From positions 3,224,001 to 3,288,000 of the forward strand of contig NC_081332.1 of the NCBI RefSeq assembly GCF_022539665.2: a stretch of DNA of 64,000 bases. The letters are read 5' to 3'. Position numbers and translations under genes: made by a program. Under the pieces are notes generated by a model. It did not search any database. It saw only the letters and a program-made list of their open reading frames with translations, and had not been told where the DNA came from. Positions 1 through 13,892 of this stretch are shown one piece after another (position 1 is the first letter of the stretch; each line of letters opens with the position of its first letter). This DNA is from Daphnia carinata. Its lineage: Eukaryota.

Positions 1-3000
1 ATGAATGATGTTGTTCTTCAATACATACCATTTCGAATCGATGTTCATGGTGATTCATTTTATTTTCTGTTAATTCTGCAAATAATTTAATTTTTAAATG
101 AGACAATTCTTAGGCTCACCAGGTGGCACTTGCAAATATCGATCATGAAATTGTTGTTTACTTTTGTTGTCTGCTAGTTAAAATCGCATGCAGGTTATTG
201 CCAACGTTTAGGGAAAACGCAGCAACAACTTACCACTTGATACAACGGCTGAAAGATACACACACCAACGCTGAAATGGGTAAGTTTGCCACACTTTTGT
301 TTTTCATCCATTCGTTTATTTATCGCCGTATGCCATTTGAGAGCCAGAACAAAATAACTTGTCCTTTTGCTATTTGTCAGGTGTACACTGTATCTGTTTT
401 ACTCTTTTGTTTTTCAACACTTTCCTCATCTTTTTGGTTTATTCAATCTTTTCTGGAGTGTTTGCTTTGAAAGGCTTCTTTTTTTCTCTCCTTTGCAAAT
501 ATGCCCTAGCTTCACTGTTGCTTATTCTGTGAACAGTTATTCAAACATGGCATACAGAGTGCTTTAGAGCTTTAGTTAATTCAGTTCAAGGTCTTCCAGG
601 ATTTCCAGGCATAACTTTTCCTTGGTGGCACAGATTAGAAGTTGAAAAGTCAACGGAAAAAGTCTTTTGCTTTTTTTCCTTTTATGATACACATAATAAT
701 GCCTGAGTCTATATATATTTTCGTGCGGAGTTCCGACATTTGGTTTTTGTTTAGTTCGGTTCATTGGGCGAAAGCTTATACATGATCGATGTGTAAGAGG
801 ATCTCTGTCGTAAAAAGAAAAATCTAAAACAAAAAGAAATTCATGAACTTTGCAAGGCTGAAACCCGAACTTTCTTACCTTAATTCTCTGTAAATGTCAA
901 CTTTGCCTCACGCAGGTTGGCTCAGCTCGCAAACATCAATCATGTTTTCGATACTATTTGAAACTCTACTTGAAAGTCGACCCCATTGCTCCCTAATTAC
1001 TAATTATTCATGTAAAGCCTTTCCCTGTGATATTTGATTTGATCTCACGTCGCATCAAATGATATGACAGTTTACTCCTCCATCCCACATTTCGTACGAC
1101 TTGAATTTTACAGCTCGCTCAAATTGTATTACTGTCGTTTCTTTCTCCCTCGTCAACGAAAAGAAGAAAAGAATCTTTACTTTTTTCAGAAAGGACTGCG
1201 TGTTGTCGACATGCAGAGCCTTGTAATAATCGCATTAACCCCAGCTGCATCCGTTCCACACAACTTCCCACATTGTATACGTCACCAATTATCGACTTAT
1301 TTTCGAGGTCAGGGCAGTTCGAGTCGCCCTCTTCTTTTATTTTTTCTTCCAATGGATAAAACCCATCGTATTCTGAAACTCAATACTCGGGCAGTGAAGT
1401 CCAGCCTGTACATCCACTGATTGCCGGGCACAGTAGAAAAAAAAGAGCAAAGAAAAGTAAATTGGGAACCTTTATTGCAAGTCCACCAAACCTTGGCTTT
1501 CGAACACACACACACATACAAAGACGCGAAATAAAATTAAGTCTTAAAGTATATACTGTATACTGTAGGTCAGCGAAGTAATCTTCAATTACTTGCACAC
1601 GAACGGTGGGCAACATTTGTGCGTGAGCTGAATGACTTTTCGGCGACAGCAACTCACCGCCGCTTTGCTCCATACATCAACGACCTAATGAGTTGACATG
1701 TCTCTCCTTTTTTTTTTTTTTTTTTTTTTTTTTTCCAATTCTTCTTCTCGTCAACCGACACACTCACACACACGCGCGCTAAAGTCACTACAATAAATAA
1801 AAGAAAGGGAAAAGGAAGCTGTTGTTTTATTGATTGCTGCGGGATCGTGACTGGGCAGGAAGCGCGTGGGCAAAACAATCAACTGTTTTCGGTAGGCCAG
1901 CATTATATGGCTATTGGCAGGGGCAACGAATCGAGCCTTTGGTCTTTGATGTCTTTCGCCCGCCCTTTTTTCATTCTTGCTGATGTCCTTAGATTCTCAA
2001 TATAGGAAGATCCCCCCCCATCCTTTCTGATGAGTGGCCTGCCATTTACAATGAACAGGGATAGAGTTTATATCAGGGGAAAGGGCGACACTATCATCGA
2101 AGAAAGAATCGTCTTTTTATTTCTTCCCCCTAACTGTAGACGAGTACGATATAGAAAAGGGCGAGAAGGAGACGCAGATCAGGTTACGTAACAAGGTGCA
2201 CATTGGGAAAAATGTCTCTTTTTGCGGATTGATCGCTTGCTGAAGCCGTTTTTCCTTTGTTCATTTTGTTTGCCGGTTAGCTTCCAGCGAAAGGAAATGG
2301 CTCGAAATCTACTTTGAACAGGACCTTTTATTTTATGTTTCTATTTGCGGCCAAAAGTTTCGGAATCACGTCGTATTGATTTGATTGATTTACACGGAAT
2401 TATGCCGCTGGTCCAACCTTTTCTGGCGTTGCTTCGACTGATCTATTTGATGTTCCGTTTGAGGGGAATGGAAATAATAATAATAAAAAAAAAAGATAAG
2501 AAAACAAGATCTCAAGTCTCGTTCCTGCAATTCCAAAGTTTCATGTCGACGCCGTGATGAGCGGCCCCCCATTTTTTTCCGCGTTGGAATTGGGCAATGG
2601 TCCAAGCATTTGCATGGACCAGCTTGCGGATTCCTTGCAACTGTCCCGATCTTTTTTCCCACTTCTTTCTTTGTATTTCCAGTTTGTTGCAAGCCATTTT
2701 GAGTATGCGCGAATTACTGTTTTCAAAGTAAGTAGAAGTAAAGATTTTCTTTTTACCGAAGCGATTACGTAAACGACAAGGGAAATGTTTCATTTTCGGT
2801 CTACTTGCCTTTGATACGTACAGGTTAGATAACGTTTTTTTTTTTTTAGCTTCTTGTTTCTTTTATTTAGTCCAGAAAGCAAGGAGAGTAAAAGTAAACA
2901 TTGAAAACTGAAAGTGTGTGATGTTGCGTATGAATTAAGTGTCGGAAGAGTGGAAAGCCAAGAGCTTTTTATAACGAACTGAGACAGTACAGAGAGCTTC

Positions 3001-6000
3001 CTTTTTTTTTCTTTTTTTTTTTTTTATGTCCTTCATTAACAAGTCAAGAAAGTGCCCCTTTTTTGGAAAATGCATTTCCTTTTGAGAGACTTCAAAGCCT
3101 ACAGATTTCTTTCATTTCTAGCGAGACTGTTTCTTTTTCTGGGAATGAAACCTTGCAGAGTAGAAACCGGACACCATGTTTTTTCCATCGCTGTCCATTT
3201 TCTTGTCTTTCAATTTGTTTTAGTATTACTTTTGTATTTATTTGTGCCACTGTGGGCATAGCAACGCGATGGCTGAAACTGCATTTCTTTTGGTTATCGA
3301 ACCCATCCTTGTTGTACCCGAAATGCTAGACGCACGAGCAGTGAAACTAGGCAACAACCGTAATTGCGTCATTCACTTTGATTCGGGAGTAGTGATACCC
3401 GTAGACTGAGAGTACCTTGTCATTATTCTTAGCCACTTTGTCCCCACCAACCGCCATCTTACATCAGTTCCAATTTAGGCAATTAGAGCGGTCGGCAGTT
3501 TCTATTTTAACTAGTGTGATCACAAGCTACCTCGATCAACCAACGATAATCTATGACATTTTATCGAATTTCTCTTTTACTTAAAAAAAAAGTGTTTTTA
3601 TCGCAAGACTAATTGTATTTCAGTGGCCTAAAATGTGGAATTCTTTTGACGAATGTCTTTCAGTACCCACCGCCTTCATTAGTTCTTAAAAATAAACCAA
3701 CGCGATAAGCTGGAACCATGCCTTGGCATCTCTTAATTCTTCAAGAAATGAATAACGGAGTCGTGCGAATGCACCAGAAATAAAAAAATGAGGATAAAAA
3801 GAAATGAGGAGGAATCGGATTTTCTGCGACCTACTTCACATCGGGAAGGGACAGTTCATCTCTTTTTTTTTTCCATTCGTGAGCCTATCGTTGTGCCTCT
3901 GCTAACAAATAAAAATGCCCTCATATGTTGCGTGACTCCTCAGATCTTGTTGTGCGTTATGTCCTAGTCGTAGAATGGCTTCCACGCGACAATAGGAAAT
4001 GGAGGACGAGCGAAATATTTATATGCCAGCCCGGATGCGGACAACGAGTACATTGCGCAATTTGCAAAGCTGTAGAGAGCATTTCGAGTTGGTAAAAGCC
4101 GCTGAGCCGCTGTGCGTCACCCGTGACTCGAACCAGCATTACAATATCAAAAGAATCCGCTTGATGGCTAAATTTTCTCCCATCCGGTTTGCTGGGCGGA
4201 ACGTTTTTTTTTCTCTCTTTCGTTTTTGCGGTTGAAATTTTTGCGTAGGTGATTCATTGTGTTGCTTCAGGACTCCCGCTCCGGCCTTGTTGTTTTTAAC
4301 TTTTATAGAAGAATCGTTCCTATAGATGAATAAGATCTCAATTTGTTGGAGCGAATGAAATCGGCAGTTGTGTTCAAATTGTTTTCATGCGTTTCAGCTT
4401 GCCTCGTAATTCATGGACGCGTTCTGTCGGGTCCAATAAAACATGTTCAAATATTTATAGGCGTCGGTCGTTAGTTTATGCCCAATGTAATTTATGTACA
4501 TTGAAACTCTTTTTCGAACGCCTTTTCTTCAGCGTTTTTCGCTCGGCTGCGCTGTACATGTAGATCTCGCCACCGGGAGCGTTTCTCGATCTTTTGCGCG
4601 TTATTTTTTTTTTTCTTTCTGCCTTCCTATTCCGCAAAATGCCCTCCGTGCCACGCCTCCTGCATGAATTCATATAATATTTAGATTGAGCAGCCAAGAG
4701 AAAAGCGAAGAAAAATGACGATTCATTTCTCTCTTCCGCTCGTTTCTCTTATTCTCCGTCCGCATCGTCGATGAAGACTCGAGTATATGATTCGATTACG
4801 GCATCAGCTTCAGCCATCATCATCGCAGCGGCGGATGCAGAAGAAAAGAAAGACAGAGATATGATACGGAGGAAAGCGAGGACGGCCCGTGCCTGCTGGC
4901 CCAGGCCATCATGAATAATTCACGAACAAAAAAGAAGGCGATCGTTTGCGGCAGCCAGTTTTCTCTTTCAGCCGGAATCATCCGCACACACATCCACAAC
5001 GACCTCCGTTGTTGCCTGGAGACAGTGTGACGTGCGCGCTGCTTGTATTGTTCAGCTGGGCAGATGGTGAACGCAGCGTGGGCAGGAAAAACATTTGCGG
5101 AGCGCACCAAGAGTCGACAGAACTTCTCCGTAAAAAACCAAATTGTTTATTTTTATTTTTTTTTATTCAGCGCTTGTTTTTTAAATTGTGAATTTGATTA
5201 AGTGGCTTTGTTCCTCTTCTTTCAGGTCTCTATTTTTGCAACGAATAGATACGGATACGGATATGCTACGTTTTAACATAATGAAAATTCAAGTGATGTG
5301 TGTTTGCCGTTTCTCTGTTAGGGTTGTAAAAGAGCCCGCAATCTCAGCGTTGGTCCAATCTCATCAGCCAATTGACGAACCAACCGAATGGGTGACAAAC
5401 CGAATACTGACGCCTACGCTGAGTGCAGCAAACACGTACATACTTTTCGGCCAGCCTTCCATCGAGTCTTAAATGGATCTCCTAACGTCCAATTAGATCG
5501 GATACGTAAAATACTTAAGAATGTTTGAGATTTCCGAGAAGTTTGGCAGCTGAACGTATGAGAATAAAACGGAGTTAAGGTGGAAATCGGCGAAGAAGAG
5601 GATGGCATGTTCTATTGTAAGTGCAGAGAAAGAGCGCATTTATTTTAGATTGTCAACCCATTGTTATTTTCAAAGGTAACTGCGCTGGAGGCCCACGATT
5701 TATTGTTACGACGTCGACGCGGAATCGCTGCAACATACAAGTTTAATCGCGGTGAGTTCTATCATTTTTACTGTGAAAGAGTCCATTTACTGTCAAAAGC
5801 CATTTTGTTTAGGCACTTTGTAAAAAAACAAAAAAAGGAATATTATCCTTACGTAATACGGTTACCTTTTGGTTTGTCCATCCGCGTAATGCTGATGTCG
5901 GCGGTTGATAATAGCGCTCCATTTATTCCGCTTCGAGGGTAGATTTGGCCATCAATCGATTAGCATCTGAAAGGCTGGCTTGCTTTTTTTTAAACAAGAG

Positions 6001-8639
6001 GGGGAGCTGCGCCTGGTGTTGGCTGATTCATTCGCCTTGTAATGCTTAATTGAAAACTGGTAAATGGAAAGTTTTCGATCCGACGTAGACTTGCATCAGC
6101 GGAGATGCGGACAAAATAGAAAAAAAAAAGTTTAAACAGCAGTTGTAGTGGAAGCGAAACGAAAATGGGAGGGGGGTTGAGGGCGGCGTTGCTGTAACTA
6201 ATTGGGCAAACTATATATAGCGACAGGAAGGAACTGGCGGCCTGGAATTCATTGTGAACTCGTCGGACGCGTTGATTGGTCTTGCGTCTTTTTCTCTTTT
6301 TGTTCGGCAGTACAAGACGATTATATCGTATACATGTGTGGGGAGGGAAAATAGCTAATCGCTTGCCACGCTATTTTGTACGGAAAGAAAGAAAAATGGG
6401 CGACGATCGATCGACATGCATTGCGGGTTTGTGGCAAAAGAAAAGAAAAAAAGAAAACAAAAAAATTTCCCTTTTTTTTCCTGATTTTTCTCTTTCACGA
6501 ATAGCGGGGATTTACCGGTACTACCGTAAGCCAGCCGGCGTGGAGGAAATAAAAAGGGAAAACACACCCCGACAGCATCGCTTCGTTGAGCCGTTGCAGA
6601 TCGATGGCTGCCAATTCAGCAGGAGGAGTTCCCACTGTCTGTATATGTATACATTCTTTCTCTTTTCTCATACACAGACTTGACGTTTCTTTTTGTATAG
6701 ACGAAAAGAAAAGAGCTTCGCAGATTGGCCATGTGCTTTGCGGGATGGAGTGTGTGTGAGCTGGATGTAGCAAAGGCGAGGCAATGAATGGGCACAGTGG
6801 GTGAATGATGTTATATTGTTCCAATTCGATGATTTGGCGCCAGGGAAGGACGGCCACAGGAACTAGGAGCTTTTATCCTCTCCCGTTTTGCTGGCCTTCC
6901 AAATAATAAACGATGCTTCGTAGAGTTGTATTAAATGTAAGGCGACGGTTAAGGAATAGCCAAAAACTGCCGAACGGGCGGGGTTGCGCTCAGCATGCGT
7001 TGCCTTTATTTTCGTCTCCTTTCTCTTTTGTTGTCTCTTTTTGTTTTCCTTTTTTTTATTGTTGTCTTTTTCATTCTTCTTATCATTTTCCACTCTACTC
7101 ATCCTTTCTACCCCTCTGAGGCTGTATTAAGGCTACGGGACGGAAGAGACAACTATACGGCCAGTCCAACGAACTAGCAAGTCACAGTCCACCGCTGGCT
7201 TTTCATTAGCTCTACAATATAGACGACGATTTCAAACTGGCTGTCATCAAGGCTTCTTACATAGCCTATAATGATAGCTCCGTCCCTTCTGTTTGGCCTT
7301 CCGCTTTCCTGGCTTGTTTGGATTGCCTGTGCCGCATTCACTACATTTATTTTGGTTGCCGAGGAAAATAACATTCCGTTAGTCCGCGTCCTGGTACCAT
7401 TTATATTTTTTCTTCTTTCTCTTCTTCCCAATGTCAATGTGCTCGTTGATGCTATGAGCTTCGTTAGCGATTCAAGCCCCGTAGCCTCATCTCCCGAACG
7501 TCGTCGTTCCTTCTTTTGATGCAGCCAAGGCTCTCATCATCAGCCGTTCCCGCTTGTTCGTGTCGTGGAGGCGGAATGCCTGGACTTGTATTACAAGCAA
7601 AGCAACACCCGCATAATTTGTATATTGGGCCAGCGACCTTCATTTTTTTTTTACCCAAAAAAGAAAATCATTCGTTTCAGTTTAGTGTTCTATAATTGAT
7701 TGTGCAGTTCAACTCTTCTACGGTTCATGCATTTAACCACATGCTGTGGAAGAGTTCAAACATCTTTGCGCTGTCAATATCTCTCCTGCTGGACGGAGGA
7801 AGGAGTGAAGACTCTGTAATTTCCTTCTTTCTCTCTTATAGTTTCTGCCTGCACTTGTGTAGGTTTTCTTCCGTCAGACTATTCATCATCATTTCGTATA
7901 GACATAGCATAGATAGAGGCCGCTGCAAATTCTGACGTTGAAACTTTTTGCTGATTTTTTTTTTGCCCTCCCCTAAAAACGGCGTCGGATGATGATGAAG
8001 CTCTTGTCAAAACCCAAGCTCCGGTAGAGCTACATCGTTTTCTTACGCCCCTGTCTTCCGTTAAGCTATGTATAGCTAAACAGAGAGCCCTCTCTAATTG
8101 GAAGATTGAGAGGAGGAACAAGGAAAAGAAAACAATTACTGATCAATTGATCTAACGTTTCTGCGCCTTGAAACATTTTTTCTTGAAACCTTTTTTTTCT
8201 TAGCTTCCTATTATTTTCCAACCAATGCTAACTAACGGGTATACATAAATACAATCGTAAAACCACGTCTTTTACTTGTACCTCTGCAGACATTGAGCTA
8301 AGAAAAAAAGCACAAAATAAACAGGCCTTGTCTCAAAATGGCAGAAGGCATGGCACCAAAGAAATTGAAAAATGGCTTTAAGTTGTTTCATCGAGTAAAA
8401 ACATGTATCAAGACATAATTATAAGCAGTATAATTTCACCTTTCGGAATCACGATACTAGAAACAAGCAATAAGAATCTTTTTGAGTAATCTGAATTACG
8501 AAAATGGCTGCGGTATAACTACTTTGTTTGCGTATGATTCAAAAACTTCACAAGTGAAGGCAAAAGTAACATGACAGTTTGAATCAGCGTTCAATTTTGG
8601 GCCCAATGTATGGTTCTTATTGAATTCTAAGAGATGTCG

Positions 8640-9290
8640 CATTTTCATGATTTTCGCCAAAATGAGAAGGCCTAAAAATACGTTATTTAGATTCGAAATT
8701 GATCGCTGATCACGAAAATCGGGTATATTTTTATATTGGGCTTATAGATTTTGAATTAACCGTAAAAAACTAAAAGTCGGGCTTATTTTGTTGGGCTTAT
8801 TTTATCGGGCTTAAAATTTGTCCTATTCAAAATTAATATCATTAAATCTCGATAACTATATATGATTCTGATTCAAAATTTAACAAGGAACACAAAAATG
8901 GAAGTTGTTTTTAAGTAGAGTCTATAGTCAGTGATGAATTTTTTAAGTAGACGTCTGGAATTGGGCCTTTAATTTCTATCGTACTTCTATTTGTATTTTA
9001 AATAACTCGAAAGCCATGAATTGTACAAAAAACAAATTTCATTTTATGATTCTTATTAAATTTAGAATCTAAATAATGTATAGTTATCTAGTTTTATTGA
9101 TATAATTTTTTTAGGTAAAAGTCGGGCTTATTGCTTTGTCGGGCCTTAATTTCTATCGTACCTACTTTTATATTTGAAGTAACTCAGAAACCATGAAGTC
9201 TACATAAAAACAAGTTTCATTTTCGTGAGTCTTATTAAATTTAGAATCTAAATCATATATAGTTATCTTGCTTTATTGATATTAATTTTT
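8640..9290. mobile_element. Non-autonomous AT-rich foldback/MITE-like relic with internal ~180 bp repeats
   Basis: Direct repeats at ~8962-9110 and ~9140-9290, with an inverted copy at ~8830-8925. The 8660-8795 part recurs inverted at ~29610-29730. It truncates the SLC4A11 pseudogene. Boundaries are approximate. Confidence 0.55.
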
Positions 9291-9292
9291 TT

Positions 9293-12159
9293 TCTGTGGC
9301 TGAAGAAGCTAAAAATATCCTCTTTACACATAATGCTGGTATGTAGATAAACCATTAAATGCAGTGCAATTTGGAGCAGGGCCTTGGTTATAATGTCTTC
9401 TCACATTCAAGCCTCAAGTAGAACAACTCAGGCTACATACAGCCCCAAAGACAAAATAAATGCCAGTTTTGCCTACGATGAATCTTGGATGTGCTTGGTG
9501 TAAGTAACATTGTTCTTGCTGATATTGAACCCAAAAATACCAGGGATAATTTTCTTTAGTGGCAAAATTCCATCACCTGTGCAGCGGCACGTGGCCATCA
9601 AGCATCCAACGAATATGGGAACGAGTTGCAGTGATCTCCAACTTTTTGTGCTCGTACTCTGTCCAACTAAAGAGCTAATGACATCAAACAAGTTATATTG
9701 TATATTCTGTGAATCAAAAGTACTTTACACACAGCAAATGGTAGAAAGGAACAAAGAATGCATTGGAGACGGGGTGTACATTCGCTGCATTGTTTATCAT
9801 CTACGCTGTCAACTGGTGGAACTAGCTACAGAAGAAGAATTCAAGCAGCTTACTTTCAATCGAACGCGAGAATTGATTAAGGAACAGCATCAGAGTCGTT
9901 CAGCCGTTGCTATCTAATTGAACGCCCTCGTTGAACCACCCAAAAGCACCGCAATGAGTAACGTGGGTTTTGCATTTCGATATGGTTCGTTCACAGACAT
10001 TTCTTATGCAGCTAATTATATTCCGTTATATATCAGAGAATCGGGAGACTTGTCAGTCTGAGCAAGGCATCCGTGAGGATCTTTCACGTCGACTACCGCA
10101 TTATGTATCGGACTACGTCGATGGCATAGTTGGAGTCAAGACGCCACAAAAGGTTCTTTCTACCACTTTTTTCTTCTATTTTGCCTGTTGACATCCGGCC
10201 ATTGCGTTTGGAGTCCTCAACGATCACAACACCACGGCAAAATTGATAAATGAAATGAAAGAAACCCAAAACTTTGATGATTGATGATTTTAACATTGTT
10301 CTTCTATTAGGTGTCAAAAAGGTGATCATGGGGCAAACGATTGGTGGCCTGGTTTTTGCTGTATTTGGTGGCCAGCCACTGTTAATTCTTTTAACTACTG
10401 CACCTCTAGCACTCTACATAAATGGTTTCCCATTTTTCAATGGATAATTGGGTTTTGATCGTCATTTAAGCGTTTATTTTTGACATCAGTTATTTCCAAC
10501 ATCTGTGATGATTTCCAGTTGGATTTCTACGCAATGTATGGCTGCGTTGGCCTTTGGTGTGCCTTTTTCCTTTTGCTCTTTTCGCTTTTCAACGTCTCAC
10601 GATTGATGCGTTGGTGTACCCGTTCAACGTAGGACATTTTCGGCCTTTTCATTTCGATTGCATTTTGCGTTGATGCTTTTCGGGACACTGCTAAAAGTAA
10701 ATAATTATAATAATCATTTTTAGAGTATATTTCTTACGTATGATTTTATTTTTTCAGATTTTCAAAAGAATTTCAGTTCTCCCCAAAATGTTTGGGCGAT
10801 GTGAACATGACGGAAGGCATCAAATCATCGTTGACTTATTACTTTGTGAAGGAAAATAAAACAAACAGCTTAACGGCAGAAACACTTGTTGCGGCCATCG
10901 AAGTGCCAATGACGATTGTATGCAACCAGGCCAGCTCACTGCTGTTCCTTTTATTAATGTTCGACACCGGCTAGGCGTTTCCATCTTTAATTTCAAGAAC
11001 ACGTATGGACGCATGATTTCGATGCAGAAATCTTTACAAATTGATTAAATTTATTGGATTTTTCAAGGAGTTTGCTCTCCGCTGGATACGGGAAGCCCTG
11101 GCAGATTACGCTTTACCCATCGCCGTCGTCACGATGAGTTTTGTTGGTTCCTATCTCTTCCAAGATGTCAAAAGTAAATTGATTATCATTTCAGCAATAA
11201 TCGTCCAACCAGTTATGTCTTCTATTTCATTACAGTTGAGTCATTCCGTTATGATGACAGTGAAAATGTATTCTCTTTGACACCGTTGGATCGCCTTCCT
11301 GGACTGGCCATCGTCGGAGCAATGGGTTTGAGTTTTGCCTTGTCGCTGCTAATTTTGATGGACCAAAATATTTCATCGGCGATGGTGAACACACCACTCA
11401 ACAAGTAACACTGCGGCAGTTGTTTCATTTCGCTCAGTTGTTTCATTTCGCTCCTTTCACGTATAATCCTGTTTTTCAATCTCTCCCACCAGTTTAAGAA
11501 AGGACCGGCATACCATTGGGATTTATTTGTCATGGCCATTTTGACTGCTGCATTGTCTGCTGTCGGATTACCATGGATGCATGCACTCGTACCTCACTCG
11601 CCACTTCACGTCCGTGCGCTGGCCGGTGTCGAGCAACGTGTTCATCAAGGCCACGTCTATCAAAATGTAATTCTCTTTGCTTTAGATAAAAAATTGGACT
11701 TCAGTCTTAAATAAGATTTCTTTAGGATTGTCCGAGTGAGGGAGACCCGACTGACGGTTCTATTTTCGCACATCCTCATTGGTTTATCGATTCTGTTGTT
11801 GCCCTACCCGTTGACCTACATCCCGCCGGCCATTCTCAACGGGCTTTTCCTCTATGTGGCCATCACCGGATTCGACGGCAATCAAATGTTTGAACGCATC
11901 ACACTCTTCTTTACGCAGAAATCTGCTTATCCGCCAAATCACTACATCCGCGGGTGTTCCACAGCGCAAAATCCACCAGTTCACCGTATATCAATTAGGT
12001 CAGCTTATGTTGATGTGTCTGTTCGGTTTTGTGCCCCGGCCTTACATGAAGATGATTTTCCACTTGATTCTCCTTTCGCTATTACCAATTCATCACATGA
12101 TTATCACCCGACTAATTGGTGATCGTTTTCTTTCGGTCCTTGACAGTAGCGAACATTAA
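9293..12159 (+). pseudogene. SLC4A11: SLC4A11-like (borate/bicarbonate transporter family) pseudogene, intron-containing, 5'-truncated
   Basis: Exons translate to SLC4A11-type motifs: [137 protein letters not shown]. Lesions: TGA 10189-10191, TAG 10630-10632, frameshift near 11950. Confidence 0.9.
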
Positions 12160-12709
12160 GCAATTTACTGAATGTTATTTTTTTTCTTTTTACACAATGT
12201 ATTGTACAGGACAGAATATACTGTACTTGGTACATGCCCACGTTGATCGGATCGATTCTCGGGGTGATCAGGCGGGCTGTTTTTGTTTTCGGGGTTTCTC
12301 GTGCGGGTTATGCGTTACTGTTTGGCTGTGTTGTATCTGGTTTTGTTCGTGTCGTATGTCGGTGTACGTAAACCAGCTGCAAGCGATAAATTGTTTACGA
12401 AAATGCAATCATTTTTCTGGCTGATCATCGGAAGGCTTTTTTTTTTATAATGTGGTTTCATCGAATCCGCCATCTTCTAAAATGACGACAGGGTTATCGG
12501 TGTGGCCCAGGAACTGAGCCATGCCACCGCCTCGGTGTAGAAAATGTCTCTGACATCCCGCGACTGACCCATTCCAGGCATAGAGGAGGGTGGTGAGCCC
12601 CGGATCACAGCCAATCAGGTGTTTAGTGCCGGCTACTGCTTTCATTTCGCATTACGGCTTATTTGGAAAAGTATGACAACAAAGCATGAGGTATTTTCTG
12701 GCGCTTAAC

Positions 12710-13070
12710 CAGCCAATCCACTTCTAGGGATATTACCCTATTTAGGGGGATTTAAGGAAAATTTTTGGAATCTAGGATGTAGTTTTGGGAATCTAGGGTT
12801 TCAAGGATTGTCCAGGGCCTATTTAATTTTCTTGGGATTTCTGGGGATTTTGAGATTATTGACCCAACCGCTGTTGCCTTTGGCGCCTCTATGCAACTTC
12901 AAAAGTAAAATGTTCCTCAATAAGAGCCACCAAGCGGGCAACGTTGAACGGTGTGCTTTTCAGAAAGTAACAGGGATTTTTCTAGGGATTTTATTTTTTT
13001 TAAATAGGGATTTGTGTCCCCAGTCTGGCAACGTTCTAGGGATACCACTTTGCGGAAAGTGGAAACACTG
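12710..13070. mobile_element. hAT-type MITE, 361 bp, with 8 bp target-site duplication
   Basis: TSD CGCTTAAC at 12702-12709 and 13071-13078. Imperfect TIRs CAGccaaTCCACTT / AAGTGGAaacaCTG. Internal TAGGGAT subrepeats. Empty site (CGCGTAAC on the minus strand) at 51247-51254 in the right arm. Confidence 0.85.
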
Positions 13071-13789
13071 CGCTTAACTGACAAGAAAGAAAAAGGCTTT
13101 CTTCATTCGGACGCAAAATTTTTAGTCAAGAGGTGAGAAAAAAAAATATCTGGTACCGTAACATAGGTTAGGATTAACGTATAACTTAACCCGTAGATTC
13201 CTACAAGTAATTTCCGTTCATTGGCCTGTCTGACAAATACTGGTTATTTCCATCTCTTGTCAGCCAAAAATGAAGCATGGCATTCAAAAGAGCCGTTTCT
13301 TCTGTGAGTTAACATCCAGCATAAGCAAGGTGAGCTTAAACATGTGGATCTTTTGTAACTGCTTATAAATGATATTTTGAATTGGTTGTGTCAGTCACAG
13401 GGTGTGGGGCTTTGCTTCCCATTTGTGGACTGGCATTATTCATGTGCAGTGAAAACATAAATTAGGATGAAGAGAGTTGCATGGGTTGTGATCACTCTGA
13501 TCATCCTCTAGGTCTATGTGGCTAAAATTTAAAAATATTGCAATTTCTAAATTTTTTGGTTTTATGTTTTTCATAATGCACCACAACATAAGTTATTTAC
13601 CAAACAAAAGACTAGATATGGTTGCAGAGAAACGAGCCATTTGCTGCACTTGCATTCAGGTAATCTTAGCAGCATTTTATTGAAATTTCAGCATATTTTT
13701 TCCAGCTCGAACACTTGGCTGGTTACCTGATGATAGATAGATTAACTTCTTTTTCTTTATCTGTTGCGCAGGACTTAAGGGGATATAGA

Positions 13790-13892
13790 AAAAGGCACCT
13801 GCTAATGTATCTGTAAGATGCGGTGTAGCCATTTTACATCTTCAGTACTTACCACATTCATATTACATTGATCCTTACTTTGCTAATAGCAT
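13790..13892 (+). pseudogene. Degenerate PHD-finger relic (older paralog at ~31375-31465)
   Basis: The paralog reads CICKMWPSTYHIH..IDP..NG, resembling the CHD3/4-type PHD core CCDTCPSSYHIHCLNPPL. It is frameshifted. Confidence 0.35.

Noticed and set aside
1..8300. Many short ORFs and possible splice sites
   Set aside because: No recognisable protein motifs. The region is rich in poly-A/T and looks like intronic or intergenic DNA. Small exons cannot be excluded.
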